Notes under the pieces: model-generated
Database searches by the model: none
Seen by the model: only the letters and a program-made list of their open reading frames with translations
Told to the model about the DNA's origin: nothing
Shown here: one piece after another, positions 1-8,489 of the stretch
Numbering within the stretch: position 1 is the first letter of the stretch
How the letters are laid out: each line of letters opens with the position of its first letter
Position numbers and translations under genes: made by a program
Source of the DNA: Thainema sp.
GTDB taxonomy: Bacteria; Cyanobacteriota; Cyanobacteriia; Phormidesmidales; Phormidesmidaceae
Assembly (NCBI GenBank): GCA_052168235.1
Contig: JBQLZK010000104.1
Coordinates: 1 to 16,207, forward strand
Length of the DNA stretch: 16,207 nt
Direction: 5' to 3'

Positions 1-20
1 CCTGAACAACCAGCTCAGCC

Positions 21-404
21 TTAATTCTCTCGCCAGCGGATGACGTGCTCCCGTTCTTCCTTTGCATTAAGCCAGCAAACACCACCAGAGTAAGTTTCAG
101 TAAAAGCCACCGCATACTGAATCGCTAACTCGGTTTTACCTACACCCCCCATTCCGGCAATGGCTGAAATCACAACCCGATCCTGCTGTTGCAAAGCCTG
201 ATGCAGAGTATTGATTTCTTCACCACGACCGACAAATTTAGTCGCACCCCGAAACGGAATATTCTGCGGAATGTCCGTTAGCGTTTCCGTATCCGACAAC
301 TGCCGAGACTGCGATCCAACATTGACGTTTTGGATCGAAATTGGACTGTTAAAACCAGCAATACCGATTTTCTCAAAATTGCCAAACTCTTCAGGCATCG
401 ACAC
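21..404 (-). CDS. N-terminal part of an NB-ARC/STAND (NLR-like) NTPase with an N-terminal amyloid-like motif; apparently truncated or frameshifted
   Basis: PQNIP..FVGR motif, Walker A GMGGVGKT (aa 84-91, nt 132-155) and YSGGVCWL, the usual opening of cyanobacterial NB-ARC-TPR proteins. The frame stops at aa 127, before any Walker B. The start may be the ATG at 398 rather than the GTG at 404. Confidence 0.85.
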   Translation of the reverse strand: MSMPEEFGNFEKIGIAGFNSPISIQNVNVGSQSRQLSDTETLTDIPQNIPFRGATKFVGRGEEINTLHQALQQQDRVVISAIAGMGGVGKTELAIQYAVAFTETYSGGVCWLNAKEEREHVIRWREN

Positions 405-409
405 TCACA

Positions 410-853
410 CTAATCCATATGAAAGTTCTGGATTGAAACAGGGCTGTTGATCGTCACCATTCCGACTTTTTGAATGGTGTCGGCTAGCTTGGCAATTTTT
501 TGCTCTGGTGTTTCTTGTGGATCAATATTCTGCGAAACTTCTTTAACTAACGCATCAAGTTCAGGATTTTGCTCAGCGGCAGCAGCAGCAGCTAGCTCTT
601 TGATCGTGGATTGAAGTTCGGCATCTGTTCGGGATAACACCTCAACATCAATCACGGCTTTGCCATAGTCCAACGGCTGTTGCGGTGCTTGCTCAATGGC
701 AGTCACCGTCTCTGGCGATTTTTTCTTGAGAGATTTCAAAAACTTGTCACTGGCAGAGAACAGCTTTTCGCTGAGTTGCTCACCAGTCTTCTCCCAGAAC
801 TTAGTCATAATTGTGGCTGCGATCGCAGTTGCCGCAAGTGTTAATGGCTCCAT
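410..853 (-). CDS. Small helical protein, Bell/HeLo-like putative effector with a C-terminal amyloid-like motif
   Basis: Hydrophobic N-terminal helix MEPLTLAATAIAATIM, amphipathic helices, and a C-terminal KVGMVTINSPVSIQNFHMD matching the N-terminus of the NB-ARC ORF 5 nt downstream. ATG at 853 preferred over GTG at 859. The ORF is solid; the function is inferred. Confidence 0.7.
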   Translation of the reverse strand: MEPLTLAATAIAATIMTKFWEKTGEQLSEKLFSASDKFLKSLKKKSPETVTAIEQAPQQPLDYGKAVIDVEVLSRTDAELQSTIKELAAAAAAEQNPELDALVKEVSQNIDPQETPEQKIAKLADTIQKVGMVTINSPVSIQNFHMD

Positions 854-1040
854 TGGCACATCCAGACGATTTTTCTTTAGTCAGTTCTAACCTAAAGATG
901 CCCAATCGATGCACGAAAAGCTTAAATCTCTTGATATGAACAGTGAGTTGTTGACTTAGTTCAAGATGCGAATGAATTACCATGATTTTGATAGTGCCGA
1001 GGCTTGAGCAATGCCAGCCAGCCAGAATACCCGCTTTCTA

Positions 1041-1067
1041 TCTATAATGGGAGCTTGTGTCTATAAT
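1041..1067 (+). promoter_or_regulatory. Candidate sigma70 -10 boxes for lysS
   Basis: Two perfect TATAAT hexamers (1043-1048 and 1062-1067), both in a TCTATAAT context, shortly before the ATG at 1090. No clear -35 box. Confidence 0.45.
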
Positions 1068-1089
1068 CTCTAGCCGTATCTACGTTCCT

Positions 1090-2622
1090 ATGTCTTCTAA
1101 CTTTGATGAGATCCGTGCTGCCCGTTTAGAAAAAGCTCAGGAGCTGCAAAAGCTGGGCTTGAACCCCTATGCCTACAAATGGGACATCACCCACAAGGCA
1201 GCCGATCTGCAAACCAAATTTGCAGACTTACCCAACGGCGAAGAAGAAGACTTTGAAGTTGCGATCGCAGGTCGCATCATGGCCCGACGTGTGTTTGGCA
1301 AGCTGGCCTTTTTCGGCATTCAAGACGAGACAGGCAGCATCCAGCTCTATCTGGATAAGAAGACGATTCAGGCGCAGATGGGTGAAAACCAGCCCAATGC
1401 CTTTAACAACTTGAAAAACCTGACCGATGTCGGCGACTTTATCGGCGTTAAGGGCACCATCAAGCGGACAGATAAAGGTGAACTGTCCATCAAAGTGAAT
1501 GAGTATGCCATCTTGACCAAGTCGCTGTTGCCGCTACCCGACAAATGGCACGGCCTAACCGATGTGGAAAAGCGCTATCGGCAGCGGTATGTGGACTTGA
1601 TTGTCAATCCTGAAGTGCGGGAAACGTTTCGGCGGCGGGCCAAGATTACGGCAGCGTTTCGGCGGCATCTGGAAGACTGCGGCTTCATTGAAATCGAAAC
1701 GCCTGTGCTGCAATCGGAAGCGGGCGGAGCCGATGCCCGTCCGTTTGTCACCTATCACAACACGCTGGAAATTGACCTCTATCTGCGAATCGCCACCGAA
1801 CTGCACCTGAAGCGGCTGATTGTCGGCGGCTTTGAGCGAGTGTTTGAGCTGGGTCGGATCTTCCGCAATGAGGGCATTTCCACCAAGCACAATCCCGAAT
1901 TTACCTCGATTGAGATCTATCAGGCCTATGCCGACTACAACGACATGATGGATCTGACTGAAGCGCTGATCACCAAAGCCGCGCAAGAGGTTTTGGGAAC
2001 GCTCAAAATACCCTACGGCGAAGAAATTATTGATCTCACTCCGCCTTGGCGACGGGTAACGATGCACGAGCTGGTGGAGGAAAAAACGGGGATTGACTTC
2101 AGCCAGTTTGATGATTTAGCGGCGGCTAAAGCGGTGGCCAAGAAAGCAGGCATTCGCGACATCGACGGCTGCGAGAGTATCGGTCATCTGCTGAATGAAG
2201 CCTTTGAGCAAAAAGCAGAAGAAACCTTAATTCAGCCTGTGTTTGTGATTGACTATCCGGTTGAAATATCGCCGTTGTCGAAGCCTCATCGTTCAAAGCC
2301 TGGTTTGGTAGAGCGATTTGAGCTATTCATGGTCGGTCGCGAAACGGCCAACAGCTTCTCTGAGTTGACCGATCCCATCGATCAGCGGCAGCGCCTAGAA
2401 CTCCAGGCCGCCCGTAAGGCCGCCGGAGATCTGGAAGCACAGGGCGTGGATGAGGACTTTCTGGCAGCACTAGAATATGGGATGCCGCCGACGGGAGGTT
2501 TAGGCATCGGCATTGACCGATTGGTGATGCTGCTAACGAATTCAGCCAGCATCCGCGATGTGATTGCCTTCCCGCTGTTGCGACCAGAAAAGGTGGAAGC
2601 AGCGATCGCGGAAGAAGGTTAA
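1090..2622 (+). CDS. lysS: Lysine--tRNA ligase (class II)
   Basis: OB-fold anticodon domain ([16 protein letters not shown]), [30 protein letters not shown], motif 2 FRNEGIS.KHNPEFT and motif 3 [18 protein letters not shown] at 1090 preferred over the GTG at 1057. Confidence 0.98.
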   Translation: MSSNFDEIRAARLEKAQELQKLGLNPYAYKWDITHKAADLQTKFADLPNGEEEDFEVAIAGRIMARRVFGKLAFFGIQDETGSIQLYLDKKTIQAQMGENQPNAFNNLKNLTDVGDFIGVKGTIKRTDKGELSIKVNEYAILTKSLLPLPDKWHGLTDVEKRYRQRYVDLIVNPEVRETFRRRAKITAAFRRHLEDCGFIEIETPVLQSEAGGADARPFVTYHNTLEIDLYLRIATELHLKRLIVGGFERVFELGRIFRNEGISTKHNPEFTSIEIYQAYADYNDMMDLTEALITKAAQEVLGTLKIPYGEEIIDLTPPWRRVTMHELVEEKTGIDFSQFDDLAAAKAVAKKAGIRDIDGCESIGHLLNEAFEQKAEETLIQPVFVIDYPVEISPLSKPHRSKPGLVERFELFMVGRETANSFSELTDPIDQRQRLELQAARKAAGDLEAQGVDEDFLAALEYGMPPTGGLGIGIDRLVMLLTNSASIRDVIAFPLLRPEKVEAAIAEEG

Positions 2623-2646
2623 CGTAACCCTTATCTCCAAAACGCC

Positions 2647-2714
2647 TGTAGGGGCGGGTCTTGACGAAACATTTGGGTCAAATCTAGACGCGATTAGCTA
2701 GACCCGCCCCTACA
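2647..2714. repeat. GTAG-type REP-like inverted repeat between convergent lysS and the DUF2301 gene; possible bidirectional terminator
   Basis: Perfect 15-bp arms TGTAGGGGCGGGTCT (2647-2661) and AGACCCGCCCCTACA (2700-2714), with a 38-bp spacer. Confidence 0.8.
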
Positions 2715-2802
2715 ATTTGTACCGTCTCTTCTAGTCATCACTACTCAAAGGAGCAAGGGAGCAGAGGGGCAAAGTGTATAGCCAAGACCCAAAGTTTTGG
2801 TA

Positions 2803-3474
2803 CTACTGAGCTGCGAGTTCCTGTTCAGGAACTGCGATTTCACCCCGGAGATAAGCGAAAACGCTCTTATCGCCAATATCAGGTGGGATCTCCTGAATGA
2901 CTTTACGCGCTGCAAAAATGAGGAACAGCGTAGCCCATACGCCGAGCAGAATCGATTCCCATTGGATGGGCAAAAAGCTAAACATGTGCCCCAACAGTAC
3001 AAATGGAATCAGCGGCGTGAGAAAGCGTGTTTCCAGTCGGTTAAAGCAAAACGCTTCTTTGAAAGCGATTCCAGTCAGGGCAGCAAACGTAAAACCAATG
3101 CCCAAAATGGTCAGGGGATGTTGGTAAATGGTTAATGGTAACGGCGTGGGATAGGCCAGTGCGATCGCAACTGAAGCTATTCCACCTATTAGCCAAAACG
3201 CTTGCAGCGTCCGGTGCAGCGGTTTTAAATAAATATGAATGAATTTTAGACTTACGCCCATCGCGATCCAGAAAGTGGCGTAGAGGGCGGTGATAATGTT
3301 GAGCACAAAGGGCGTTAAGTCAGTACGCAAAGTCAGGAAAGTTGCGATCGCAAAACTGAGAGCGGCTACAGCTAACCCACCTCGATAAATACGCACTTCC
3401 TGTCGATCCTCAGCGGTGATAGTAAACTCACCAAACTGGCCTTGGTAAACCGGAGTATCTGGGGCAATATCCAT
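2803..3474 (-). CDS. DUF2301-family integral membrane protein
   Basis: VYQGQFGEFTIT..DR.EV..YR, IHIYLKPLH, GIAFKEAFCFNRLE and C-terminal PPDIGDKSVF, with about six hydrophobic segments. I recognise these as the cyanobacterial/plastid DUF2301 family. Confidence 0.88.
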   Translation of the reverse strand: MDIAPDTPVYQGQFGEFTITAEDRQEVRIYRGGLAVAALSFAIATFLTLRTDLTPFVLNIITALYATFWIAMGVSLKFIHIYLKPLHRTLQAFWLIGGIASVAIALAYPTPLPLTIYQHPLTILGIGFTFAALTGIAFKEAFCFNRLETRFLTPLIPFVLLGHMFSFLPIQWESILLGVWATLFLIFAARKVIQEIPPDIGDKSVFAYLRGEIAVPEQELAAQ

Positions 3475-3571
3475 GTCAATTCTTCTCTTTCTCTGATGCT
3501 GCTTTTTTATAATGCGGTTTTATGATGCAGTTACCATTTTGGGTGTTGTCCCTTCACAATAACCAAAATAA

Positions 3572-3615
3572 TAAGGGCAAACGCATTGGGCATCGCCACA
3601 ACACATTTACCCTTA
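3572..3615 (-). repeat. Strand-biased hairpin (REP-like) between hemL and the DUF2301 gene
   Basis: On the minus strand, TAAGGGTAAATGTGTTG pairs with CAATGCGTTTGCCCTTA using four G-U pairs. The plus strand would have A-C mismatches at those positions. Confidence 0.55.
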
Positions 3616-3646
3616 CACTAACGCTTCCACTCCGATTTCATACTCT

Positions 3647-3780
3647 GTAGGGTGTGCTATACGAAATCCGATCGTAAAAACCAGTTTTTATTTTGGTGAA
3701 AGTTGGACTGCGTCTGACTTTCACCAAAATGTTTAGATTTTTCTAGTTGGATTCGGTATTAGGCGAAGCCACAACGCACC
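3647..3780. repeat. Nested REP-like palindromic element downstream of hemL
   Basis: Outer degenerate arms GTAGGGTGTG...AACGCACC, an inner perfect 14-bp inverted repeat ATTTTGGTGAAAGT (3690-3703) / ACTTTCACCAAAAT (3717-3730), and a GGCGAAGCC mini-hairpin at 3762-3770. Confidence 0.7.
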
Positions 3781-3801
3781 GTTCTACCGAATTGCCAATC
3801 T

Positions 3802-5103
3802 TTACAGCGCCGACAGAACCTCACGTGCGGCCTCAATCGTGCGATCGATATCCTCATCCGTATGAGCTAGCGAGGTAAAGCCTGCCTCAAACTGGGACGG
3901 TGCCAGGTAGACTCCATGCTCCAGCATGCCGCGATGGAAGCGACCGAACTTTTGGAGATCAGACTTCTTGGCATCGTCGTAGTTGTGGACTGGCCCTTCG
4001 GTGAAAAACATGCCAAACATAGCGCTGATCGAGCCACCGCAAACCATATGGCCAGTTTCACGCGCAACGGCAAGTAGTCCATCGCTCAACTTTTTGGTAG
4101 TGGTTTCAAGTCGCTCATAGGTGCCTGGACGACGCAGAATTTCCAGGGTCTTGATACCAGCCGTCATCGCCAACGGATTGCCTGATAGCGTGCCTGCCTG
4201 GTACATGGGGCCAGCCGGAGCCACCATTTCCATGATGTCCTTGCGACCGCCGTATGCTCCAACGGGGAGACCACCACCGATGACTTTACCCAATGTGGTT
4301 AAGTCCGGCGTCACGTTAAATTTTTGCTGTGCGCCACCATAAGCAATCCGGAATCCGGTCATCACTTCATCGAAAACGAGCAGCGCGCCGTTTTCCTGAG
4401 TGATTTCGCGCAGACCTTCTAGGAAACCTGCATCCGGCACGATGAAACCTGAATTGCCCACAACGGGTTCGAGGATCAAACCAGCAATTTCGCCAGGATT
4501 GTCAGCAAAAAGCTTCTTGACCGCTTCTAAATCGTTGTAGGGTGCCGTCAAGGTGCTGCTGGTGACTGATTTCGGTACCCCCGGTGAGTCGGGCAGTCCC
4601 AGTGTGGCGACACCGGAGCCAGCCTTGACCAAGAACATATCCGCATGACCGTGATAGCAGCCTTCAAACTTGATGACTTTTTCCCGTCCTGTAAATGCCC
4701 GCATGAGACGCAGGACAGCCATGCAGGCTTCGGTGCCAGAGTTGACAAACCGTACCATTTCAACGCTAGGCACGGCATCAATCACCATTTCAGCTAGCAC
4801 GTTTTCGAGATAGCAGGGTGCGCCAAAGCTGGTGCCTTTTTCGAGGGCTTCATGTAGGGCTTGGATAACATCTTCATGGGCATGACCACAAATTGCTGGC
4901 CCCCACGTGCCAACGTAGTCGATGTATTGGTTGCCATCGACATCCCAAACATAGGAACCCTTCACCCGATCGAAGACAATGGGCTGACCGCCAACTGACT
5001 TGAATGCACGCACGGGCGAGCTGACCCCACCGGGCATCAGTTTTTGTGCGGCAGCAAAAATTTCTTCTGATTTTGTGGTTTTCAAAGGTGCTGTACTAAC
5101 CAA
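3802..5103 (-). CDS. hemL: Glutamate-1-semialdehyde 2,1-aminomutase
   Basis: [38 protein letters not shown] and the PLP lysine in [15 protein letters not shown] start with an AAGGAG RBS at 5110-5115. Confidence 0.98.
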   Translation of the reverse strand: MVSTAPLKTTKSEEIFAAAQKLMPGGVSSPVRAFKSVGGQPIVFDRVKGSYVWDVDGNQYIDYVGTWGPAICGHAHEDVIQALHEALEKGTSFGAPCYLENVLAEMVIDAVPSVEMVRFVNSGTEACMAVLRLMRAFTGREKVIKFEGCYHGHADMFLVKAGSGVATLGLPDSPGVPKSVTSSTLTAPYNDLEAVKKLFADNPGEIAGLILEPVVGNSGFIVPDAGFLEGLREITQENGALLVFDEVMTGFRIAYGGAQQKFNVTPDLTTLGKVIGGGLPVGAYGGRKDIMEMVAPAGPMYQAGTLSGNPLAMTAGIKTLEILRRPGTYERLETTTKKLSDGLLAVARETGHMVCGGSISAMFGMFFTEGPVHNYDDAKKSDLQKFGRFHRGMLEHGVYLAPSQFEAGFTSLAHTDEDIDRTIEAAREVLSAL

Positions 5104-5505
5104 CGTTTTCTCCTTAACAACCTCTGCCTGTGACTTTGCAAATCTTTGAGTCTGTGCAATCTCCTATTATCCTATCGATCAAAACTCTTTACACCTAGAA
5201 GCATCAAGTTTTCTAACAGCGATGATTGCGATAACTGCGATCGCAATATCTTTACCCATGTCTTTCTCATGTCTTTCCTCCGACGACGGATTTTGTTTCG
5301 GGAGAAAGATGTAGTACCTTGCAGTTCTCTGTACAGTTAAGACGGTAGGAAAAGCATTTGGTGCAAAGTCGATGCGTGAGCCGTCTATCTTCACATTAAT
5401 CAACGGCAGCCACACAAAATCGCCATGCCAGATCAGTTTTCATAGCCAAAACGAATAGCGTTCATAACAAGATGCATCGGTTATATCGGAGGGTAAAAAG
5501 CTTAA

Positions 5506-7089
5506 ATGGTTGAAGCAGCAGTTGGAACAGTTGATGAGTTCCAAGACGGGCACATGTATTCGGTGACAGTTGGAAAACGACCCGTGCTGTTATCGCGAAT
5601 TGACGGTCAGTTTTATGCCACTGGGGCACACTGCACACATTATGGTGCACCGCTGGCTAAAGGGGCAATTAAAGCTGATCGGATTGTTTGTCCTTGGCAT
5701 AATGCCTGCTTCAACGCCAAAACGGGGGTTCAACAAGAGCCACCCGGATGGGATCAGCTCGCTTCTTATAACGTCCAAATTGCGGATGGTCAGGTTGTTG
5801 TAATCGTGCCTGAAGATGATGACGGTTATCAACGCCCAGCGATGGTAGGTTACGATGCTGCCGCCGATAGTCGTACGTTTGTAGTACTCGGGGCTGGAGC
5901 TGCTGGTCGCACAGCGGTTGAAACGCTACGCCAAGAAGGATTTCAAGGCCGTATCATTCTGATCACACAGGAGAGCCGCCCACCCTACGATCGCACGTCT
6001 CTCAGCAAGAGCTATCTGCAAAGCGATGGATCGGACGAACCGCAACTCTTGCGATCGGAAGAATTCTATCAGCAGCACGATATTGAGGTGTGGTATGACA
6101 GCCCCGTGCAGCAGGTCAGCTCCGCTGCTCGCACGATCGTGTTTCAAGATGGTTCTACGCTGACCTATGATGCGCTGCTGTTGGCCACGGGCGGTCGTCC
6201 CAATCGGCTACCGATTGAAGGGGCTGACTTAAAAAACGTCTTTACTCTGCGGCAGGCCAAAGATGCGATCGCAATTTTAGAAGCCGCTCAAACGGCTCAG
6301 CGAGCGGTCGTAATTGGCTCTAGTTTTATCGGCATGGAAACGGCTGCCAGCTTAGCGCAACAGGGATTAGCCGTAACCGTCGTTTCTCCCGACAGCGTGC
6401 CGTTCGCCAAGATCTTAGGTGAGCAGGTGGGTTACGTCTTTCAGTCCCTCCATGAACAGCACGGCGTTGAATTTTGTCTGGGGCAGAAAGCAGCTCGCTT
6501 TGAAGGCGACCAACAGGTCAAGGCTGTGGTTTTGGAAAACGGCAGACGCATTCCGACTGAGCTGGTAATTGTCGGCATTGGGGTGCAGCCCGCAACCGAC
6601 ATGCTGCAAGATATCGATTTAGCCGATGACGGTAGTGTGGTCGTGAATGAGTATCTGCAAGCAGCTGATCAAGTTTATGCGGCGGGCGACATTACTCAGT
6701 ACCCCGATCCCTACAACAATCATCAACCCGTGCGGATTGAGCACTGGCGGTTAGCCATGCAGCACGGACGGATTGCTGCCCTCAATATGTTGGGACAGTC
6801 TGTGCCCTTTGCCGGATTGCCGTTTTTCTGGACAGGACAGTTTGATCTCAAATTGCGCTATGCCGGACATGCTGAAACTTGGGACGATTTGCTCATTCAG
6901 GGTGATTTAGATGAGCAGTCGTTTCTGGCCTTCTATGTCCAGCAGAATCAGATTAAAGCTGTAGCAGGCTGTGGTCGCGATCGCGATATTGCGGCCATTA
7001 CAGAATTGATGCGGCTTGGGCAAATGCCGAGTGCCGAAAAACTGCAGCCTGTTTTACCCGATTGGGCTGCGTATTTGGAGCGAGTTTAA
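5506..7089 (+). CDS. Rieske [2Fe-2S] ferredoxin fused to an FAD/NAD-dependent reductase (AIF3-like)
   Basis: Rieske ligands CTH and CPWH, FAD-binding GAGAAG, PPYDR..LSK, LLLATGG, NAD-binding GSSFIGME, YAAGD, RIEHW and PFFWT of the reductase C-terminal domain. Confidence 0.92.
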   Translation: MVEAAVGTVDEFQDGHMYSVTVGKRPVLLSRIDGQFYATGAHCTHYGAPLAKGAIKADRIVCPWHNACFNAKTGVQQEPPGWDQLASYNVQIADGQVVVIVPEDDDGYQRPAMVGYDAAADSRTFVVLGAGAAGRTAVETLRQEGFQGRIILITQESRPPYDRTSLSKSYLQSDGSDEPQLLRSEEFYQQHDIEVWYDSPVQQVSSAARTIVFQDGSTLTYDALLLATGGRPNRLPIEGADLKNVFTLRQAKDAIAILEAAQTAQRAVVIGSSFIGMETAASLAQQGLAVTVVSPDSVPFAKILGEQVGYVFQSLHEQHGVEFCLGQKAARFEGDQQVKAVVLENGRRIPTELVIVGIGVQPATDMLQDIDLADDGSVVVNEYLQAADQVYAAGDITQYPDPYNNHQPVRIEHWRLAMQHGRIAALNMLGQSVPFAGLPFFWTGQFDLKLRYAGHAETWDDLLIQGDLDEQSFLAFYVQQNQIKAVAGCGRDRDIAAITELMRLGQMPSAEKLQPVLPDWAAYLERV

Positions 7090-7207
7090 TCCAGATTCTT
7101 CCCTTCAGGTGACGACTTTTTGGCTTAGTCTCTCTACTGTCTTCAAATGGAGAGGCGAACCGATTTTCACCTCAGTTTTTTAGTGTTGTTAACAGGAGAC
7201 GCAAATT

Positions 7208-7402
7208 ATGATGACGTTTAAAGTGCCAACTATTACCTGTAAAGGTTGCGCAGAAACTATTACCGAGGCGTCGAAAGTGGTTGACTCTGACGCGAAAGTT
7301 GATGTTGATATCGAGAAGAAAGAAGTCAACATTGAGTCGAAAGCCAGCGAGGAATCGTTCCGCGAAGCCATTGTCGCTTCTGGTCACACAGTCGAGTCCT
7401 AG
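7208..7402 (+). CDS. Heavy-metal-associated domain protein (CopZ/Atx1-like copper chaperone)
   Basis: 64 aa with a TCKGC metal-binding motif, a ferredoxin-like pattern and C-terminal AI..SGHTV. AGGAG RBS at 7194-7198. Confidence 0.9.
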   Translation: MMTFKVPTITCKGCAETITEASKVVDSDAKVDVDIEKKEVNIESKASEESFREAIVASGHTVES

Positions 7403-7428
7403 GCATCACATACCTCGCATAACGATGC

Positions 7429-7508
7429 GGTATTGCTAGTTGCAGGGATGAATAGGGGTGTAGGAGGTGTGCCTCCACATCGCTTTCATGCCCGAATCAA
7501 GCAACCCC
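7429..7508. repeat. Degenerate MITE-like element with an internal REP-like hairpin
   Basis: Imperfect arms of about 24 bp, GGTATTGCTAGTTGCAGGGATGAA and TTCATGCCCGAATCAAGCAACCCC, enclosing GTAGGAGG-TGTG-CCTCCAC. Confidence 0.5.
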
Positions 7509-7521
7509 CACGATAGCTGGT

Positions 7522-7556
7522 AACAAGCGCGCTGCTTGGGCGGCGTGCTTGTTTGG
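7522..7556 (+). terminator. Possible terminator hairpin after the CopZ-like gene
   Basis: AACAAGCGCGCTGC-TTGG-GCGGCGTGCTTGTT forms a 14-bp stem with two G-U pairs on the plus strand. The U tract is short. Confidence 0.45.
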
Positions 7557-7596
7557 TGCTTGAACTTATACCCAATCTGTGTATAAGAGCCCAACG

Positions 7597-7641
7597 TATG
7601 TTTTGTAAAAAGCTGGCCTGGCCAGCTTTTTACAAAACATA
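7597..7641. repeat. Perfect 45-bp palindrome downstream of nfi
   Basis: TATGTTTTGTAAAAAGCTGGCC-T-GGCCAGCTTTTTACAAAACATA: 22-bp arms with a 1-nt spacer. The GC core is flanked by A5/T5, as in a bidirectional intrinsic terminator. Confidence 0.9.
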
Positions 7642-7669
7642 TGTCATTGGGTTTTAACCGGGCTTTGTA

Positions 7670-8446
7670 CTAAAACAGGTTCATCTGCTCATCATTCTTA
7701 TCTTTATCATTCTTATCTTTATCTTTTCCGTTCGCTGGTGACGAGGATAATGGATTAGTTGCTGACGGTGCCTTTTTCTTCATGCCACGCTGCGAGGCTA
7801 ACTTATCTGCCTGTCGCGTGGTTTCCGGTAGACGGTACTTGGGCGTGCAGGCCATGACATAATCCAGCGCTGTCGGTAAACTGATGCGATGACCAACCGA
7901 AATATAGAGCGGCTTGGTATTTGTGCGCGATCGCAACACCGCTCCAATCGTTTCTTCCTTATCTTTAAGCGGCACCCAATTGCCTTTTTCCAGTGGCACG
8001 TCTGGATGACGACCAATCAGCCTCGATTTTGCCACCCCAATCGTCGGTACATCCACTAATAACCCCAAATGGCTAGCAATCCCCAAGCGACGCGGATGGG
8101 CTATACCCTGACCATCGCACAAAATTAAATCTGGTTCTGTCTTTAACTGCGCCAGTGCCGCTACCACTGCTGGAACTTCTCGAAACGAAAGAAAGCCTGG
8201 AATGTAGGGAAACGTTGTCGGCACATGTGCGATCGCATGTTCAACCAGCTCTAAATCCGGATAGCTCAGTACGACGACTGCGGCACGGGTAATAGTCCCG
8301 TTCTCTTCAAATCCCGCGTCTACTCCCGCCACGTACTGTACAGAACCAAGCTGGTCGGTTGTGATCACCTGCGATCGCAAATCCTGCTGAATCTTGACGG
8401 CAACTTCAGCGGTTTCAGGCCAGTCTGTCAGTGCCGGAATTTTCAT
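7670..8446 (-). CDS. nfi: Endonuclease V (deoxyinosine 3' endonuclease) with a C-terminal low-complexity tail
   Basis: VAGVD, FPYIPGFLSFRE, LILCDGQGIAHPRRLGIASHLG, PTIGVAKS, KPLYISVGH and YRLPETTR.AD. Confidence 0.96.
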   Translation of the reverse strand: MKIPALTDWPETAEVAVKIQQDLRSQVITTDQLGSVQYVAGVDAGFEENGTITRAAVVVLSYPDLELVEHAIAHVPTTFPYIPGFLSFREVPAVVAALAQLKTEPDLILCDGQGIAHPRRLGIASHLGLLVDVPTIGVAKSRLIGRHPDVPLEKGNWVPLKDKEETIGAVLRSRTNTKPLYISVGHRISLPTALDYVMACTPKYRLPETTRQADKLASQRGMKKKAPSATNPLSSSPANGKDKDKNDKDKNDEQMNLF

Positions 8447-8489
8447 GAGCGGTATCCATTTTGCTTTTGATCAACTCAGCATGAAAGTG

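Noticed and set aside
1169..2067. ORFs 1169-1414, 1555-2067 and 1601-1810
   Set aside because: They lie wholly within lysS in alternative or antisense frames and show no recognisable motifs.
2745..3135. ORFs 2745-3002, 2797-3135 and 2897-3127
   Set aside because: They overlap the well-supported DUF2301 gene and have no independent support.
5146..5415. Small ORFs in the hemL/oxidoreductase divergent spacer
   Set aside because: They overlap each other on opposite strands, have weak starts and no motifs. The region is more simply explained as promoter DNA.
7120..7160. CueR/MerR-type operator before the CopZ-like gene (CTCTCTA...TGGAGAG)
   Set aside because: The dyad is imperfect and widely spaced, and I find no convincing -35/-10 pair with a 19-bp spacer.
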